Shown piece by piece: positions 9,101-18,076 of a stretch of DNA of 64,000 bases (within the stretch, counting starts at the first letter, position 1; each line of letters starts with the position of its first letter). The notes below the pieces were generated by a model that saw only the letters and a program-made list of their open reading frames with translations, ran no database searches and was not told the origin of the DNA. The stretch is from an uncultured Nitrososphaerales archaeon (GTDB lineage: Archaea > Thermoproteota > Nitrososphaeria > Nitrososphaerales > JACAEJ01), in contig CALLJF010000017.1 of assembly GCA_938091495.1 (NCBI GenBank), positions 778 to 64,777 of the forward strand. Reading direction: 5' to 3'. A program made the position numbers and the translations under genes.

Positions 9101-9330
9101 GGTTACAGAACCTTAGAAAAGAGAGAGGTTACAATCCTACAGATATCATTGAAGGAGCTTACGTAGCAAGTTCTGATGATGAGTTCTTAGATTACATAAA
9201 GTCGAGGCTGAACGATTTAGCCTTCTTAGCAAGAGTGAAGAAGGTTCACACATCAAAAGAACCCCTTGAAGGCGTGCATTGGGTCGATGTAGAGATGGAT
9301 GATAGAAAGATAAAGATATCTGTAGAATAG
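6121..9330 (+). CDS. ileS: isoleucyl-tRNA synthetase
   Basis: 1069 aa. HIGH motif (PHIGHVRG), KMSKS (RKMSKSLGN), an editing-domain-sized insertion, and zinc-type CPSC and CSKC...CTKC clusters. Confidence 0.95.
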   Translation: MSKESSKHFQGSLYPLYEPKKIEDKVRSYWKEVNIKKIILKELENKPLIGYVEGPPTLNGEPHIGHVRGRVIKDLWYRQLVMKGLNVIFRAGWDTQGLPVELQAEKELGLKGNKAENIKAVGEAAIINACKSIIEKYYKSWYKADELLGMSMDYDKAYWTYKDNYIEREWKYLEKAWKKGLLGEGYRVVAYCPSCQTSLSQSEVALGYELVEDPSLYFKMKLRDEDAYIILWTTMPFTIVTDEMVAVKPDADYAYIKVKDETWIIGEKRISFLMKELDIENYEIVKVVKGYELEGKKYVHPLKDLIPQQSLLDKENSVHKIIAEDFVDINTGSGLIHISPANGEEDFHAAMRRNVKIFNPIDDRACFTKDAGIFEGIFVRDADTKIVDLLKERKMLLKISAIEHEYPTCWRSHHKLVWLARREYFYWVDKLGDLAVKAAENVEYFFEPPKNRFLEIIKEKVPWCISRERIWGTPLPIWICSKCNEKIPAFSKKEIIEKAIDLHDQDFELHRPWLDEIALKCTKCGGKAYREPFVLDTWHNSGAAPYASFTDDEYKSLVPVEFLTEGIDQTRGWAYTLLIENVIFTGEAKAPYKAFLFTGHVLDERGRKMSKSLGNVIDAINVLESESVDILRFYLIWRNNPLDALNFSLKEMNSRPYQVLSTLYHMHVYFQQNSSYDGYDPAVNTLSWALNNELLKPQEFWLLSNLQSLIDNVSNGYKNCRFNEAARDIENFIIEILSQRYIPMTRSEIWDDSKETLNRRLAIYSVLDHVLINLDILLHPISPYLTEFLYQNFGTSREKQKATILLENWPKPNPDLMNKQLESEFELVDDLTSLANSARMKARLKRRWPLKKATFLMPKEKIEKVEKHKELLKKLINVKDIILTESLKEAEIVPIIEPKHAILGPKLKKKMPNLMKLLKSKDSFEIYDQISGKGFIEIKIDDESFKIMKDELETSYSSDEKHLILERNDIIVSLDIERDRDLIVDGLIRDLARRLQNLRKERGYNPTDIIEGAYVASSDDEFLDYIKSRLNDLAFLARVKKVHTSKEPLEGVHWVDVEMDDRKIKISVE

Positions 9331-9438
9331 AAATTAATTTCATAAAAGGTCATGATCAAGGCCGGGTCAAAAACTTTTTCACTAATTTTTAATAGCATCG
9401 GTAAAATCTGAGCTTTTATCTCGAACCAAAATTGAATA

Positions 9439-10524
9439 TTGTATGAATCTGGAATCCTTAAATCTTATATTTGTAAATATAGAAGGGTTAGGAGGGATAC
9501 ATTGAGCCTCAAGGCTATAACGTCCTTATTTTTGGGCTCAGCCCTCTTAATCTTCATGATCTGGTATGTTGATATCGGGAACCTCTACAATGCCATCATG
9601 AGGTCGTCTCCTATTTGGCTCGCATATTATTTACTATTAATGTTGCCATTCTTTTTGCTTAGGGCATGGCGCTGGCGGATGCTTCTGGTACCTATAAAGA
9701 GTTCTGTCAAGCTTTCAAATTCGTTTTGGATAACTATGATAGGTTTCATGGTCAATGTGATAATCCCTCTTCGATTGGGTGGAGAATTCGTCAGAGCCTT
9801 CGCTATGGATGGTAAAGAAAAGACAGGTTTCTTCCAATCTTTATCCTCTGTTGCCGTTGAGAGAGTTTTAGACCTTCTTGGAATAACACTGCTAGGGTTG
9901 ATAGGAATATTCTTGCTTCCAAAGGAGGCTATAATGTATTTGCCAGCTTGGTCTTTGGACGCTCTTAGAATCGTTGGCATATTCGTAGCAATAACTCTAT
10001 CGGGCTTGATGCTTGGCATAAGGTATGAGAGACGCTTACTTTCTTTGGTTAGACAAATACTTTCTGCTATCCCTAAGTTGCCGTACAAATGGCAGGAGAA
10101 ACTTATTAATTTCTCAAAATCTTTGATAGATGGAGCAAAAGGATTGACTCATAACCCTCCAACATTTTTTTCAACTTTGATTTCGACTTTTGTTATATGG
10201 TTCATGGCCTTTTTATCCACTTTCTTGATATTCAAAGCCTTCAATTACGATGTTCCCGCGTCTATAATCCTTCTTGGTAGTATGCTCGTCCAACTTTCTT
10301 TCATCCTTCCTGCACCACCAGGTAATATAGGAACTTATGAGGTATTTTGGAGTGCCATATTCATCGGATTAGGTCTATCCCGCCTTGATCTAATACTAGC
10401 AACAGCTATTGTAAGCCATCTTTTGAGTGATGCTTTCATCATAGGCATGGGATCTATAGGAGTAACGTCCATGGGTCTGTCTTTTAAAAAAGTCATGAAG
10501 ATGAAGCCTACTCAACAACGCTGA
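9439..10524 (+). CDS. flippase-like polytopic membrane protein (UPF0104 / LPG-synthase TM-region family)
   Basis: Polytopic, with RAWRWRMLL and IPLRLGGEFVRA motifs typical of the family. The true start is probably an internal Met. Confidence 0.55.
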   Translation: MYESGILKSYICKYRRVRRDTLSLKAITSLFLGSALLIFMIWYVDIGNLYNAIMRSSPIWLAYYLLLMLPFFLLRAWRWRMLLVPIKSSVKLSNSFWITMIGFMVNVIIPLRLGGEFVRAFAMDGKEKTGFFQSLSSVAVERVLDLLGITLLGLIGIFLLPKEAIMYLPAWSLDALRIVGIFVAITLSGLMLGIRYERRLLSLVRQILSAIPKLPYKWQEKLINFSKSLIDGAKGLTHNPPTFFSTLISTFVIWFMAFLSTFLIFKAFNYDVPASIILLGSMLVQLSFILPAPPGNIGTYEVFWSAIFIGLGLSRLDLILATAIVSHLLSDAFIIGMGSIGVTSMGLSFKKVMKMKPTQQR

Positions 10525-10537
10525 CAGAATTTAGCAA

Positions 10538-11287
10538 TTATAAAGAGCATAATCTTGGAAATCTTTTGACTACTGTACCTATCTCAATTACATAAGGTAC
10601 CAAATCATCCAAAGGGCTTTTTTGAAGAATAGGTGAGAGCAGATCCTTCTGTAAAGTTTCGTTTATATCTGAGCCATAAGCCAATGGAGATGTTGATGGC
10701 AGTACTGTTATAGTTCTTTTGCCAACTTTACCATTTAGAAAAGCCTTGAACCTATGCTTAACTCCCAGATCATCTTTTATTGCTATCGATGGATGTTCAT
10801 GACCCATTATAACGTGCTTAGCCTTCTCTTCTTTCTCTTCAAGTTCGAGATGACCATGCAATAATGTGTAGCCATTGATGGAAAGGCTTGGCTGAAAAAG
10901 TTTTACATTCATTTCTTTGAGAATAAGAATTATGTAATTATCGTGATTTCCTCTAACAATCGAAGGCTCAGCCCCTATTTCACGAATACTTTGAATCATC
11001 TTCTTCACTGAGTACCATTCAGCCTCGCTAGGCTTTCCAAATTCATGCTTAAAGTCCCCTAAGATTATAACTTCATTACAACCTAAATCTTTAACAGGAG
11101 TTAGAACAGAGTTTACGATCTTTGGAAAGATAGAAGTTGGAATATGAATTCCCTTGCTCTCTTGCTCATCTTCTAGACCTAAATGCAGATCAGAAACTAT
11201 CAGCATGCTCTCCTTTTCTATAAAAAGAGCTGGCCAGGGTGAGGCTATACTTAATCCTTTGGCAATCTTTATGGTCTCAGTAACCAT
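10538..11287 (-). CDS. Lhr-associated metallophosphoesterase (PdeM/ICC-like)
   Basis: Motifs VSDLHLG, ILGDFKHEF, RGNHD, LHGH and GHEHP. A 4-nt gap follows the Lhr gene. Confidence 0.8.
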   Translation of the reverse strand: MVTETIKIAKGLSIASPWPALFIEKESMLIVSDLHLGLEDEQESKGIHIPTSIFPKIVNSVLTPVKDLGCNEVIILGDFKHEFGKPSEAEWYSVKKMIQSIREIGAEPSIVRGNHDNYIILILKEMNVKLFQPSLSINGYTLLHGHLELEEKEEKAKHVIMGHEHPSIAIKDDLGVKHRFKAFLNGKVGKRTITVLPSTSPLAYGSDINETLQKDLLSPILQKSPLDDLVPYVIEIGTVVKRFPRLCSL

Positions 11288-11291
11288 TACC

Positions 11292-13922
11292 TTACATCTT
11301 CTCCTTTATACGCCTCATGACGCTATCGTACAAACTCTCTAACAAAGCTCTTTTATCTGCCATCAATACTACATCGCTATAACCTAAAAGAATTAAATCG
11401 TGAGTGAAGGGTGACGGTAAATCAAATTCTGGACAGACAATGAACCTTCTAGTTCCCAATTCAACATCTCTCAACACATTTTGAGCTGTAGAAACATCCA
11501 TAAGATCCTCGATGATCTCTCTATATGTCTCCTCCAAAACAGGAAATCTGTCTAGCTCTTCACATAAATTGATCAAGATTTGGGCATTTGCTTGTTGCCT
11601 AGCCACTGTTATTTCATGGCCCTTATAATTTCTTAGCACCATTAGAGCCCTTGTAGAGCAGTGCCTGAAGCGTCTCTTTACCATTTCTGTTCTTTTTATA
11701 GCTTCTATTAACTCGTTTCTTAAGTTCTCAGAATTTATTGTGTTTAACAACCATGAAGGATTTATGCGAAATCCTCTAGGCAAAGTGAGCATAAATCCAC
11801 TATCACTAACAGTCACCATGATATTTCTATTGATGACCATCATCAATCTATGGGCATAGGCCCTAGAAAGAGCGTCGTTGACTCTTCTCCCAAATACACA
11901 GTTGAATATTATGTTCTGCCTACCATCCTGGTCCAAATAGTTCTCCACAACTATATTCTTGTTATCAGGAAAATCGTCTATGCCTAATAGCTTTATGAAA
12001 TCGTATTCCGCCTTCATGTATCCTACAATCGCTTTAGAAGCATAATCATCTGAGCGTGTTTCTCTAGCAACAAAGGATTCTATATCCTCGCTCTTTACCT
12101 TATTTTTGATCATCCTAAATATCTTGCTTCTGAAACTTCCTATCGCTTCGCCAAGATCAAAGCTGAGAGGTAGCATTTCACTAAACCATGTTGGAACTGT
12201 AGGCTTCCCCTTCTCTATCGGAACAACGTATGCCCTTAACCCTCTTGCATACTTGAACTCATAGGTCTTTCCACCCAGGATGAATACATCTCCCTTTGAA
12301 AGCCTTTCAAGGAACCCCTCTTCTATCATTCCTACCCATCTACCAGACGTTGTAAATACTCTTACTGCTACTTCATCTGGAATCGTTCCTATATTTGTTG
12401 CATATATCACCCTTAGCAAAGCGCCTCTTCTTCCAAAAGTATCATCATTCTCATCGTACCAAATCTTACCATAAACTCGAAAATTCTCTAAGCTTTGATA
12501 GCCTCCACTAAGATATTTTATGACCCTTCTCAAATCTTCTTTAGATAGATTATGATAACAGTAACTTCTTGTTATCAATTTATAAGCTTCGTCAACAGTC
12601 CACTTTCTCTCTATAGCCATGCCAACTATGTGCTGGGCCAAAACATCTAAAGATAGCTTTGGAATGTAGACCTTATCCAGATTTCCTTTTAACGCTTCAC
12701 TAACTATCACTGCATCCTCGACTAAATCGTCTCTTTCCATGGCAATCATTATACCTTTAGACAGCCTTTCTAGTGTATGGCCTGATCTTCCAATCCTCTG
12801 TAAGCATCTTGAGATGGATTTTGGTGATCCAATTTGAACCACTAAGTCTATGCTGCCAATGTCTATACCAAGCTCAAGAGAAGTAGATGTAACTACTGCC
12901 CTCATCCTGCCTTCTTTTAACCTCTCTTCTACGTCATGCCTAATTTCACGGGAAAGAGAACTGTGATGAGCAGCAAGTTCATCAGCATCAACAACGTTCA
13001 ACTTTGATAGATGATAAACTACCCTTTCAGTTCCAGATCGAGTGTTGGTGAAGATCAAAGTAGTTTTATGCTTCTTGACTAAATCCCGAATTCTTTTATA
13101 CATCTTTTTAGTGGCATAGTCTGCTGGAGTATGAACAAGATCAGAAACGGGGGATGTTGCCGAAAGTTCTGTAGGCTTAACAAACCTCGCATCCACCATT
13201 ATACAATCTCTTTCTTTACTATCTTTATAACCAACTAAGAATCTAGCGACCTCATCTAGTGGGTGTATAGTGGCAGATAGGCCTATCCTAACTATCTCTC
13301 TTCCACATAACTCCTCCAACCTTTCCAAGCTTAATGTGAGATGAACCCCTCTCTTAGAAGATGCAAGTTCATGTATCTCATCAACTATAACCCATCTTGT
13401 ACTCTTTAGTTTCTCCCTGAACTTCGGTGCGCACAAGAGAATGGCGATGCTCTCAGGAGTTGTCACAAGTATGTGAGGAGGTTTTCTTAGCTGCCTTTGC
13501 CTCTCCTGAGTAGTCGTATCCCCAGTCCTAACCCCTATCCTTATCTCCTGAACCCTTATTCTAAAATCTTCTTCAGCTATCTTTTTTATCTCTCTTAATG
13601 GTATAAGTAAGTTCTTGTTAATATCGTTCACCAAAGCCCTTAAAGGCGATATGTATACACAATAAACACTATCTTCGAGCCTTTTTTCCTCTGAAAGAAG
13701 AAAAAGTTGGTTTATTATTGATAAAAAAGCTGCCAAAGTCTTTCCAGACCCTGTAGGGGCAGCTATGAGAACGTTCTTCCCCTTTTGGATCTCTGGAAGG
13801 GCATAAATTTGAGGCAAGGTGAATGAATCAAAATTCCTTTTGAACCATTCTCTAACGTAAGGTCTCATCGATCCATAAATTTCCTCAACTTTATGTGCTT
13901 GTTTTAGGGTTGCAAGAGGCAT
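11292..13922 (-). CDS. lhr: Lhr-type superfamily-2 DNA helicase (DEXH)
   Basis: 876 aa. Motif I APTGSGKT, motif II VDEIHE, motif VI QRIGRSGH, and a long Lhr-type C-terminal extension. Confidence 0.9.
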   Translation of the reverse strand: MPLATLKQAHKVEEIYGSMRPYVREWFKRNFDSFTLPQIYALPEIQKGKNVLIAAPTGSGKTLAAFLSIINQLFLLSEEKRLEDSVYCVYISPLRALVNDINKNLLIPLREIKKIAEEDFRIRVQEIRIGVRTGDTTTQERQRQLRKPPHILVTTPESIAILLCAPKFREKLKSTRWVIVDEIHELASSKRGVHLTLSLERLEELCGREIVRIGLSATIHPLDEVARFLVGYKDSKERDCIMVDARFVKPTELSATSPVSDLVHTPADYATKKMYKRIRDLVKKHKTTLIFTNTRSGTERVVYHLSKLNVVDADELAAHHSSLSREIRHDVEERLKEGRMRAVVTSTSLELGIDIGSIDLVVQIGSPKSISRCLQRIGRSGHTLERLSKGIMIAMERDDLVEDAVIVSEALKGNLDKVYIPKLSLDVLAQHIVGMAIERKWTVDEAYKLITRSYCYHNLSKEDLRRVIKYLSGGYQSLENFRVYGKIWYDENDDTFGRRGALLRVIYATNIGTIPDEVAVRVFTTSGRWVGMIEEGFLERLSKGDVFILGGKTYEFKYARGLRAYVVPIEKGKPTVPTWFSEMLPLSFDLGEAIGSFRSKIFRMIKNKVKSEDIESFVARETRSDDYASKAIVGYMKAEYDFIKLLGIDDFPDNKNIVVENYLDQDGRQNIIFNCVFGRRVNDALSRAYAHRLMMVINRNIMVTVSDSGFMLTLPRGFRINPSWLLNTINSENLRNELIEAIKRTEMVKRRFRHCSTRALMVLRNYKGHEITVARQQANAQILINLCEELDRFPVLEETYREIIEDLMDVSTAQNVLRDVELGTRRFIVCPEFDLPSPFTHDLILLGYSDVVLMADKRALLESLYDSVMRRIKEKM

Positions 13923-13976
13923 TATTAAGAGATCCTAATTATAATTAAAAAAGGCTACTATTGAATTTTTATAAAA

Positions 13977-14516
13977 TTATCCGACTAGAATTCTCTTCAA
14001 AAAACCATTCCTTCCTAGCCTTATTTCTCTGATTAGGATTACAAACCCAAGGATTATAAATATAGAGCTGATTAATTTCGATGCCAACAAATAATCACCA
14101 AATAAAACAAAATCGTCAATCGATTCTGTAGAAAAAGGGTAGATCAGAGGATTGTATTCATGATGAAGGGTATCTAATAGAACATGCCCAAGAACTCCTA
14201 TAAGGCTCGATATTATCAAAGATTTAGAGATAACGCTTTTGCTATTCAACTTTTTGTAATCAGGCAAGATAAAACCAACAATTCTTGGATAAAATGAGAA
14301 AGATATGAAGATAGAAATTAAAAGACCTAGGGTTGCAGAACCCAAAATGCTGTGAAGAACCAGCCTATCTATTTCACCTTTTGAAATAAGAAAGATGATT
14401 GGAACTTCAAGGTCTGGAACCATACTACTAACTATCAAAGCTGAGAAGTTCAGATTAAACTTACTAATTCTATGAATAATGTAAGCTGAAAAATAGTGGA
14501 GGGGTGTAATTGGCAT
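13977..14516 (-). CDS. DUF4184-like membrane-embedded putative metal-dependent hydrolase
   Basis: 179 aa and polytopic. It has the N-terminal MPITPLHY motif and His clusters (HSILGS, GHVLLDTLHHE) as in the DUF4184/YdjM-like families. Confidence 0.45.
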   Translation of the reverse strand: MPITPLHYFSAYIIHRISKFNLNFSALIVSSMVPDLEVPIIFLISKGEIDRLVLHSILGSATLGLLISIFISFSFYPRIVGFILPDYKKLNSKSVISKSLIISSLIGVLGHVLLDTLHHEYNPLIYPFSTESIDDFVLFGDYLLASKLISSIFIILGFVILIREIRLGRNGFLKRILVG

Positions 14517-14529
14517 TTAGATCAATCAT

Positions 14530-15537
14530 TCAAAATAATTCGTCCAAGGATTTTTGAGAGCTTAGAAGAGAGGTTGCATCGTATCCTAACCTTTTCAAAT
14601 AACTTGCAAGCTCTGAGGAGAAACCATGGACGGTATAGACCTTTTTTGGCTCACATTCCTTGACAAATTTGATAAGTTCATCAAAGTCACAGTGATCGCT
14701 AAGCGGGAAGGCATAGTCGAAGGACATGGCATACTTATAGTTGGGCTCCATGCTCCAACCACTGAAAGCTATAGTAACTGCATTATACCTTTTCTTTAAA
14801 CTTTTTATAAAATTCGTTCTTCCACTCCACATAGTAGAGATCAAAATCCAAGGTCTTCTTTTTAACAAATCCTTCTCAACAGCTTCCTGATAAGGAATGA
14901 AATCACGAAGCTTTATGCCTAGCTTAGAGTAAGCATAATTCATTCTTTGCACGGATTCGTGCACATAGATAGGATCCCAACTTGAAAAAAGATAAGATAG
15001 AATTTGAGCTTTTCCTAAAGGATAGCCCATTAGTACAACTGGTATTCCTCGGGAGAAAAGGTCTGAAACGAGTCTGTTGACTTCATCTAATAATTTTGCC
15101 AAAGGTGGAAAATGAAAACTGTTTTTACCATAAGTGGATTCAATTATCAAAATATCACATTTCGTGCTTTTACCCTTATTCAAAAAAGCTCTTGGTCTTG
15201 TGGCAAGGTCTCCTGTGTAGAGAATTTTTCCATCTATTAGCAAACTGCGTGAGCCTAGTATATGCCCGGAGTCTATAAGCTCAAACCCTTCTAACTCTTG
15301 TTTTGTCCTTCCTATATCTATGCCCCTCTCCTTCGCAAGTAAAGTTGTTTCTTTCGACGCTAAAACTTGAGTATCATCCTTTTGAGGATGGGCATGATCT
15401 ATATGAGCATGGGATACAAAGACTAGATCTGTATCTATCGCCTTACAAGGATCTAAAGCTATCCTCATATTGCGGTATTTTATCAAGATGCCATTGTCAT
15501 TAGATATGGAAACTCTCATGCCAATCCTTAGTGTCAA
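14530..15537 (-). CDS. MBL-fold / beta-CASP-like nuclease (short, about 335 aa, ligase-associated-exonuclease type)
   Basis: Metal motif VSHAHIDHAH, followed by SGHILGS, TGD, ESTYG and the C-terminal LSDHCD...VHG, in beta-CASP order. Confidence 0.75.
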   Translation of the reverse strand: MTLRIGMRVSISNDNGILIKYRNMRIALDPCKAIDTDLVFVSHAHIDHAHPQKDDTQVLASKETTLLAKERGIDIGRTKQELEGFELIDSGHILGSRSLLIDGKILYTGDLATRPRAFLNKGKSTKCDILIIESTYGKNSFHFPPLAKLLDEVNRLVSDLFSRGIPVVLMGYPLGKAQILSYLFSSWDPIYVHESVQRMNYAYSKLGIKLRDFIPYQEAVEKDLLKRRPWILISTMWSGRTNFIKSLKKRYNAVTIAFSGWSMEPNYKYAMSFDYAFPLSDHCDFDELIKFVKECEPKKVYTVHGFSSELASYLKRLGYDATSLLSSQKSLDELF

Positions 15538-15591
15538 ATTAAAAGGGACATATTTTTAAGCTATATTTAGTAAAGATTTAGTGATAACAAC

Positions 15592-16809
15592 ATGCCCATA
15601 AAAATTGGATTGATCGGAAAGACGAACACAGGTAAGACAACTTTCTTCAATTCGGCTACGCTTCAAACAGCGGAGATATCTACTTACCCTTTCACAACAA
15701 AGACTCCAAGTGCAGGCATAGGAAGCGCTGTAACTTTATGCGTCTGCAGAGAGTTCAAAGTTAATGACAATCCTAAAAACTCTTACTGCATTGATGGATG
15801 GCGTTTTATACCTATAGAGTTGATAGACCTTCCAGGGCTGATAAAAGGCGCTTGGGCAGGGAAAGGCTTAGGAAATCAATTCTTGTCAGTTGCAGCCCAG
15901 TCAGACGCTTTATTGCATATAGTAGATGCATCAGGCAGTGTAGACGCTGAGGGAAGAATTACAGAACCAGGGACCGGCGATCCACTTGCCGACATAGGAG
16001 ATATAGAAGAAGAGCTTGTGATGTGGTATCTGAAGCTCATCGAAGGGAATAGACCCAGAATCTCCAAGCTGATGAGGTCTGGGTTTGACTTGCCCAAAGC
16101 GATTATAGATGTGCTAAGGGGAATAGGCATTAAGGAGAACCATGTAAAGATGGCTTTGAAAGAAGCAAAGCTAGAGGCCAAGGATTTTGAGAATTGGTCA
16201 AATGATGATACCAAGAGCTTTGCATGGGTATTAAGAGATATATCAAAACCAACACTTATAGTTGCCAATAAGATGGATCTTCCAACTTCTGCTGAGAATT
16301 TTAAAAGAATTCAAGATGAGTATTCTGACATGATAGTGGTCCCTGCTAGTGCTGAGGCTGAATTAACATTAAGAAGGGCTGAGCAAAAGGGCCTTATCAA
16401 ATATGTCCCAGGGGAGGAAAGGTTCGAGATCTTAAATCAATCAGCCCTCACAAATAAGCAGAAATGGGCTCTAAACTACATTAGAAAAGCGGTTCTAGGA
16501 GAGTATATGCGGACTGGAGTGCAATTTGCTGTAAACGTTGCAGTATTTAAACTGCTTAGGATGAACAGCGTCTATCCTGTATACGATCCCCAAAAGCTAT
16601 CTGATAAGCAAGGCAACGTGCTTCCAGACGTTTACTTACTGCCTTCTGGTTCGAATGTATTGGATCTCGCGAAGGAAGTTCACACGGAGCTCGCAAAAGG
16701 TCTTTTATATGCAATAGACGCAAGGAGCGGCTTAAGGTTGCCATCGGAATACACCATAAAGGATAGAGACGTTCTCTCTATTATCTCAACTTCTAGGAAA
16801 AGACCCTGA
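15592..16809 (+). CDS. OBG-class GTPase with C-terminal TGS domain (Ygr210/YchF-like)
   Basis: G1 GKTNTGKTT, G3 DLPGLIKGA, G4 NKMD, and a TGS-like C-terminus. Confidence 0.8.
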   Translation: MPIKIGLIGKTNTGKTTFFNSATLQTAEISTYPFTTKTPSAGIGSAVTLCVCREFKVNDNPKNSYCIDGWRFIPIELIDLPGLIKGAWAGKGLGNQFLSVAAQSDALLHIVDASGSVDAEGRITEPGTGDPLADIGDIEEELVMWYLKLIEGNRPRISKLMRSGFDLPKAIIDVLRGIGIKENHVKMALKEAKLEAKDFENWSNDDTKSFAWVLRDISKPTLIVANKMDLPTSAENFKRIQDEYSDMIVVPASAEAELTLRRAEQKGLIKYVPGEERFEILNQSALTNKQKWALNYIRKAVLGEYMRTGVQFAVNVAVFKLLRMNSVYPVYDPQKLSDKQGNVLPDVYLLPSGSNVLDLAKEVHTELAKGLLYAIDARSGLRLPSEYTIKDRDVLSIISTSRKRP

Positions 16810-16822
16810 TAAATTGAAGAAA

Positions 16823-17104
16823 TTACTTTGGCTGGGCAGTAACCTTCGCTCGGCTGACGCTAATTTCATCCAAGCTTCTTATAGTGGCTCCATGTTCACT
16901 CATAACTTTTGTTAGCTCTTCGTGAGCTATATCAGAGCCTCTTACGGTAAGTTTTATCGTCTCAGTCTTAACATCAACTTCTGTGACAGTTATATCGACC
17001 TCATCAACTCCCTTAACTTCACATAAAGCCTTGGATAGATCAAGAATCGTGGTCTCACGCGGTTTGAGTGAATCTATAACCATTCTTTTTATATGAACTG
17101 TCAT
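16823..17104 (-). CDS. DUF211 family small protein
   Basis: 93 aa. IKRMVIDSLKPRETTILDLSKALCEVKGVDEVDITVTEVD is the typical DUF211 (COG1888) pattern. Confidence 0.65.
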   Translation of the reverse strand: MTVHIKRMVIDSLKPRETTILDLSKALCEVKGVDEVDITVTEVDVKTETIKLTVRGSDIAHEELTKVMSEHGATIRSLDEISVSRAKVTAQPK

Positions 17105-17460
17105 AGCATTATGTTCAATATAGTAACATATAAACTCAAAGAAATATAGAATTAGTCAGTTAAGTTGCCCCCTATGAACTGAACAGCTTAGCCTTCAAAC
17201 ACTCACAATCATGAATTCTCAAGAATTGTTCATGAGGGTATAAAAACCATAAAGTTCATATTCGAGATAATACGAGATTCAGGCTCTTTCATGAGAAATG
17301 AAAAATTAGTTACGTATAAATTGGAGTTTTACCTATGTAAAAATTGGAGGAATAGAGTTCTAATCCGTTAGGAGGTAATGATATTATTACTTCCTTATCA
17401 AAGTTAAGAAAGTACCTTAGGATAGCAAGAGCGAACGAAATTGCAGAAAGATACCTTATA

Positions 17461-17973
17461 ATGAATGGATTTGATGGTGCACTGGCGATACTAGGAGTGA
17501 TAATAGGCTCCTATGTTGTGGGAGTGAATGATGCAAAGATTATATTAAGTGCAGGTATTGGGGTAAGCTTTGCCATGGGGATTTCTGGGGCTTGGGGAGC
17601 TTTTATGGCAGAGAAGGCTCAGAGAGTTAAGAACATTAAAGAGCTTGAGCACGCTATGTTTACAGATTTGAAGAACTCAATAATTGATCGGGCATCTATT
17701 GTGGCTGTTCTTTGGGTAGCCTTAGTCGATGCCCTATCTCCTATCATAACTGCTTTGATCACGCTATCACCCTTCCTTCTCGCTTTCTATAACATTTTGC
17801 CTTTAGGAGATGCCATGATGGCATCTATTATCTTGAACCTTGCTGTTCTTTTCGCTCTGGGTCTCTTCTTAGGGAGAGTATCAAAATCAAGCAAATTTAA
17901 ACAAGGTATTCTGATGGTCTTGGCTGGCACAGTTACCTTGTTGTTCCTATTGCTTTTAGAATTAGAATTTTAA
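17461..17973 (+). CDS. VIT1/CCC1-like (COG1814) membrane protein
   Basis: NGFDGALAILGVIIG plus four or five TM helices. A conserved-looking in-frame extension lies upstream without a canonical start (see findings). Confidence 0.55.
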   Translation: MNGFDGALAILGVIIGSYVVGVNDAKIILSAGIGVSFAMGISGAWGAFMAEKAQRVKNIKELEHAMFTDLKNSIIDRASIVAVLWVALVDALSPIITALITLSPFLLAFYNILPLGDAMMASIILNLAVLFALGLFLGRVSKSSKFKQGILMVLAGTVTLLFLLLLELEF

Positions 17974-18076
17974 CTGTCAATGATGGAGAACTCGATTGGT
18001 CAAATTTTTTTAATTTTTAAAGAAAATAGATGAAAGTTACATTTAATTAATTCGATTAAGCAAGATATGCTGACAT

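Noticed and set aside
9627-10088. 153-aa minus-strand ORF.
   Set aside because: It is antisense to the polytopic UPF0104-like membrane protein gene and has no motifs.
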